DNA of 8,559 nucleotides from Octopus sinensis. Taxonomy: Eukaryota. The position numbers were made by a program, and so were the translations under genes. The stretch covers positions 1 through 8,559 of the forward strand of contig NW_021828617.1 of assembly GCF_006345805.1 (NCBI RefSeq). Reading direction: 5' to 3'. This document shows positions 7,930-8,559 of this stretch, piece after piece. Under the pieces are notes generated by a model, which searched no databases, had not been told where the DNA came from, and saw only the letters and a list, made by a program, of their open reading frames with translations. The stretch's first letter is position 1, and every line of letters begins with the position of its first letter.

Positions 7930-8264
7930 CATGCACGTCCAACTTGACTATACATAGTACATGCGGAGCACTTCGTCGGTTTCGACGACGAGTGTCCCAG
8001 CTGACACGATCAACGGAACAGCTGTGGCTGAGCTCTCTACAGACACGTGTACCCTTAACGTAGTTCTCACGGAGATTGAGCGCGACACAGAGTGTGACAA
8101 GACTGGCCCCTTTGAATAACAGGTACAACTCATTTTTGCCAGCTGAGTCGACTGGAGCAACGTGAAATAAGGCGTCTTGCTCAAGGACACGACGCGTCGC
8201 CAGTAATTGAACTCAGGACCTTACGATCGGGAGTCCGAATACCCTAACCACTAAGCCATGCGCC
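7930..8264 (-). mobile_element. Near full-length tRNA-derived SINE with CORE-like domain, family B
   Basis: Minus-strand head ggcgcatggcttagtggttagggtattcgg with A-box tggcttagtgg (8258..8248) and B-box-like gttcaatta (8212..8204). This is followed by ccttgagcaagacgccttatttcacgttgctccagtcgactcagctggcaaaaatgag, which resembles the CORE domain. The 3' boundary is approximate. Confidence 0.92.
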
Positions 8265-8559
8265 CTCACGAACACAATGAATCAATATATAAATACATAT
8301 AAATACACGTCGTATTTTTCTTATTGATTTTGCCAGAGGTGAAAGGACTCCATTTCGCCCCTTTTCAAGGCCACTTGATTTGTGAGGGATGAGGAGAAAG
8401 AAAGAGGAGGACCGAAAAAGCGACACAGACAAAGTTAAATAGACGTTTGTTGATTTCCGTTGGAGTTTCACGATGGTTTTGCTTCGACTGGATTTGGTAT
8501 CTCCATTGTTAATGTCACTTGTCGCCTGCGAGATGGGAAGTGGTGTGGGTGCTGGCTTT

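Noticed and set aside
932-7955. The many ORFs with poly-HT, VC, YI, I, M, N or D translations
   Set aside because: They are translations of (CA)n, (TA)n, (AAT)n and (ATG)n microsatellites, which lack stop codons in some frames. There is no coding signal.
8185-8264. tRNA gene (also the heads at 4240-4300, 394-475 and 7755-7832)
   Set aside because: They have A/B boxes but no complete cloverleaf, and they continue into SINE bodies. These are tRNA-derived SINE heads.
7-8559. 10-bp inverted match at the window ends (aaagccagca 7-16; tgctggcttt 8550-8559)
   Set aside because: It does not extend inward, and the left copy is explained as part of the LINE 3' UTR. There is no transposase or target-site duplication, so it cannot be supported as a TIR without flanking sequence.
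8442-8559. Plus-strand frame TFVDFRWSFTMVLL..., faintly like the Kir-channel TLVDLxWR motif
   Set aside because: The similarity is limited to about 8 residues, a stop codon lies immediately upstream, and it is the antisense of the minus-strand open frame.

Overview
Eukaryotic, repeat-dense non-coding DNA. The SINE families and microsatellite landscape point to a cephalopod, most likely Octopus (inference). I see no prokaryotic genes, CRISPR array, rRNA or intact tRNA, and no well-supported host CDS. Nearly all ORFs in the supplied track are translated microsatellites or SINEs. About a quarter of the window is tRNA-derived or SINE-like repeats in three recognisable families, and much of the rest is simple repeats. 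There is also a ~515 bp tandem duplication flanked by (TA)n tracts. The main signal is at the left edge. Bases 1-300 (minus strand) are the 5'-truncated 3' end of a Hero-like (R2 superfamily) non-LTR retrotransposon, which the ORF track misses. Its 3' UTR (11-122) contains a complete hammerhead ribozyme core (CUGAUGA, GAAA, GUC) supported by four helices, with the strands in a non-circularly permuted, pseudoknotted order.
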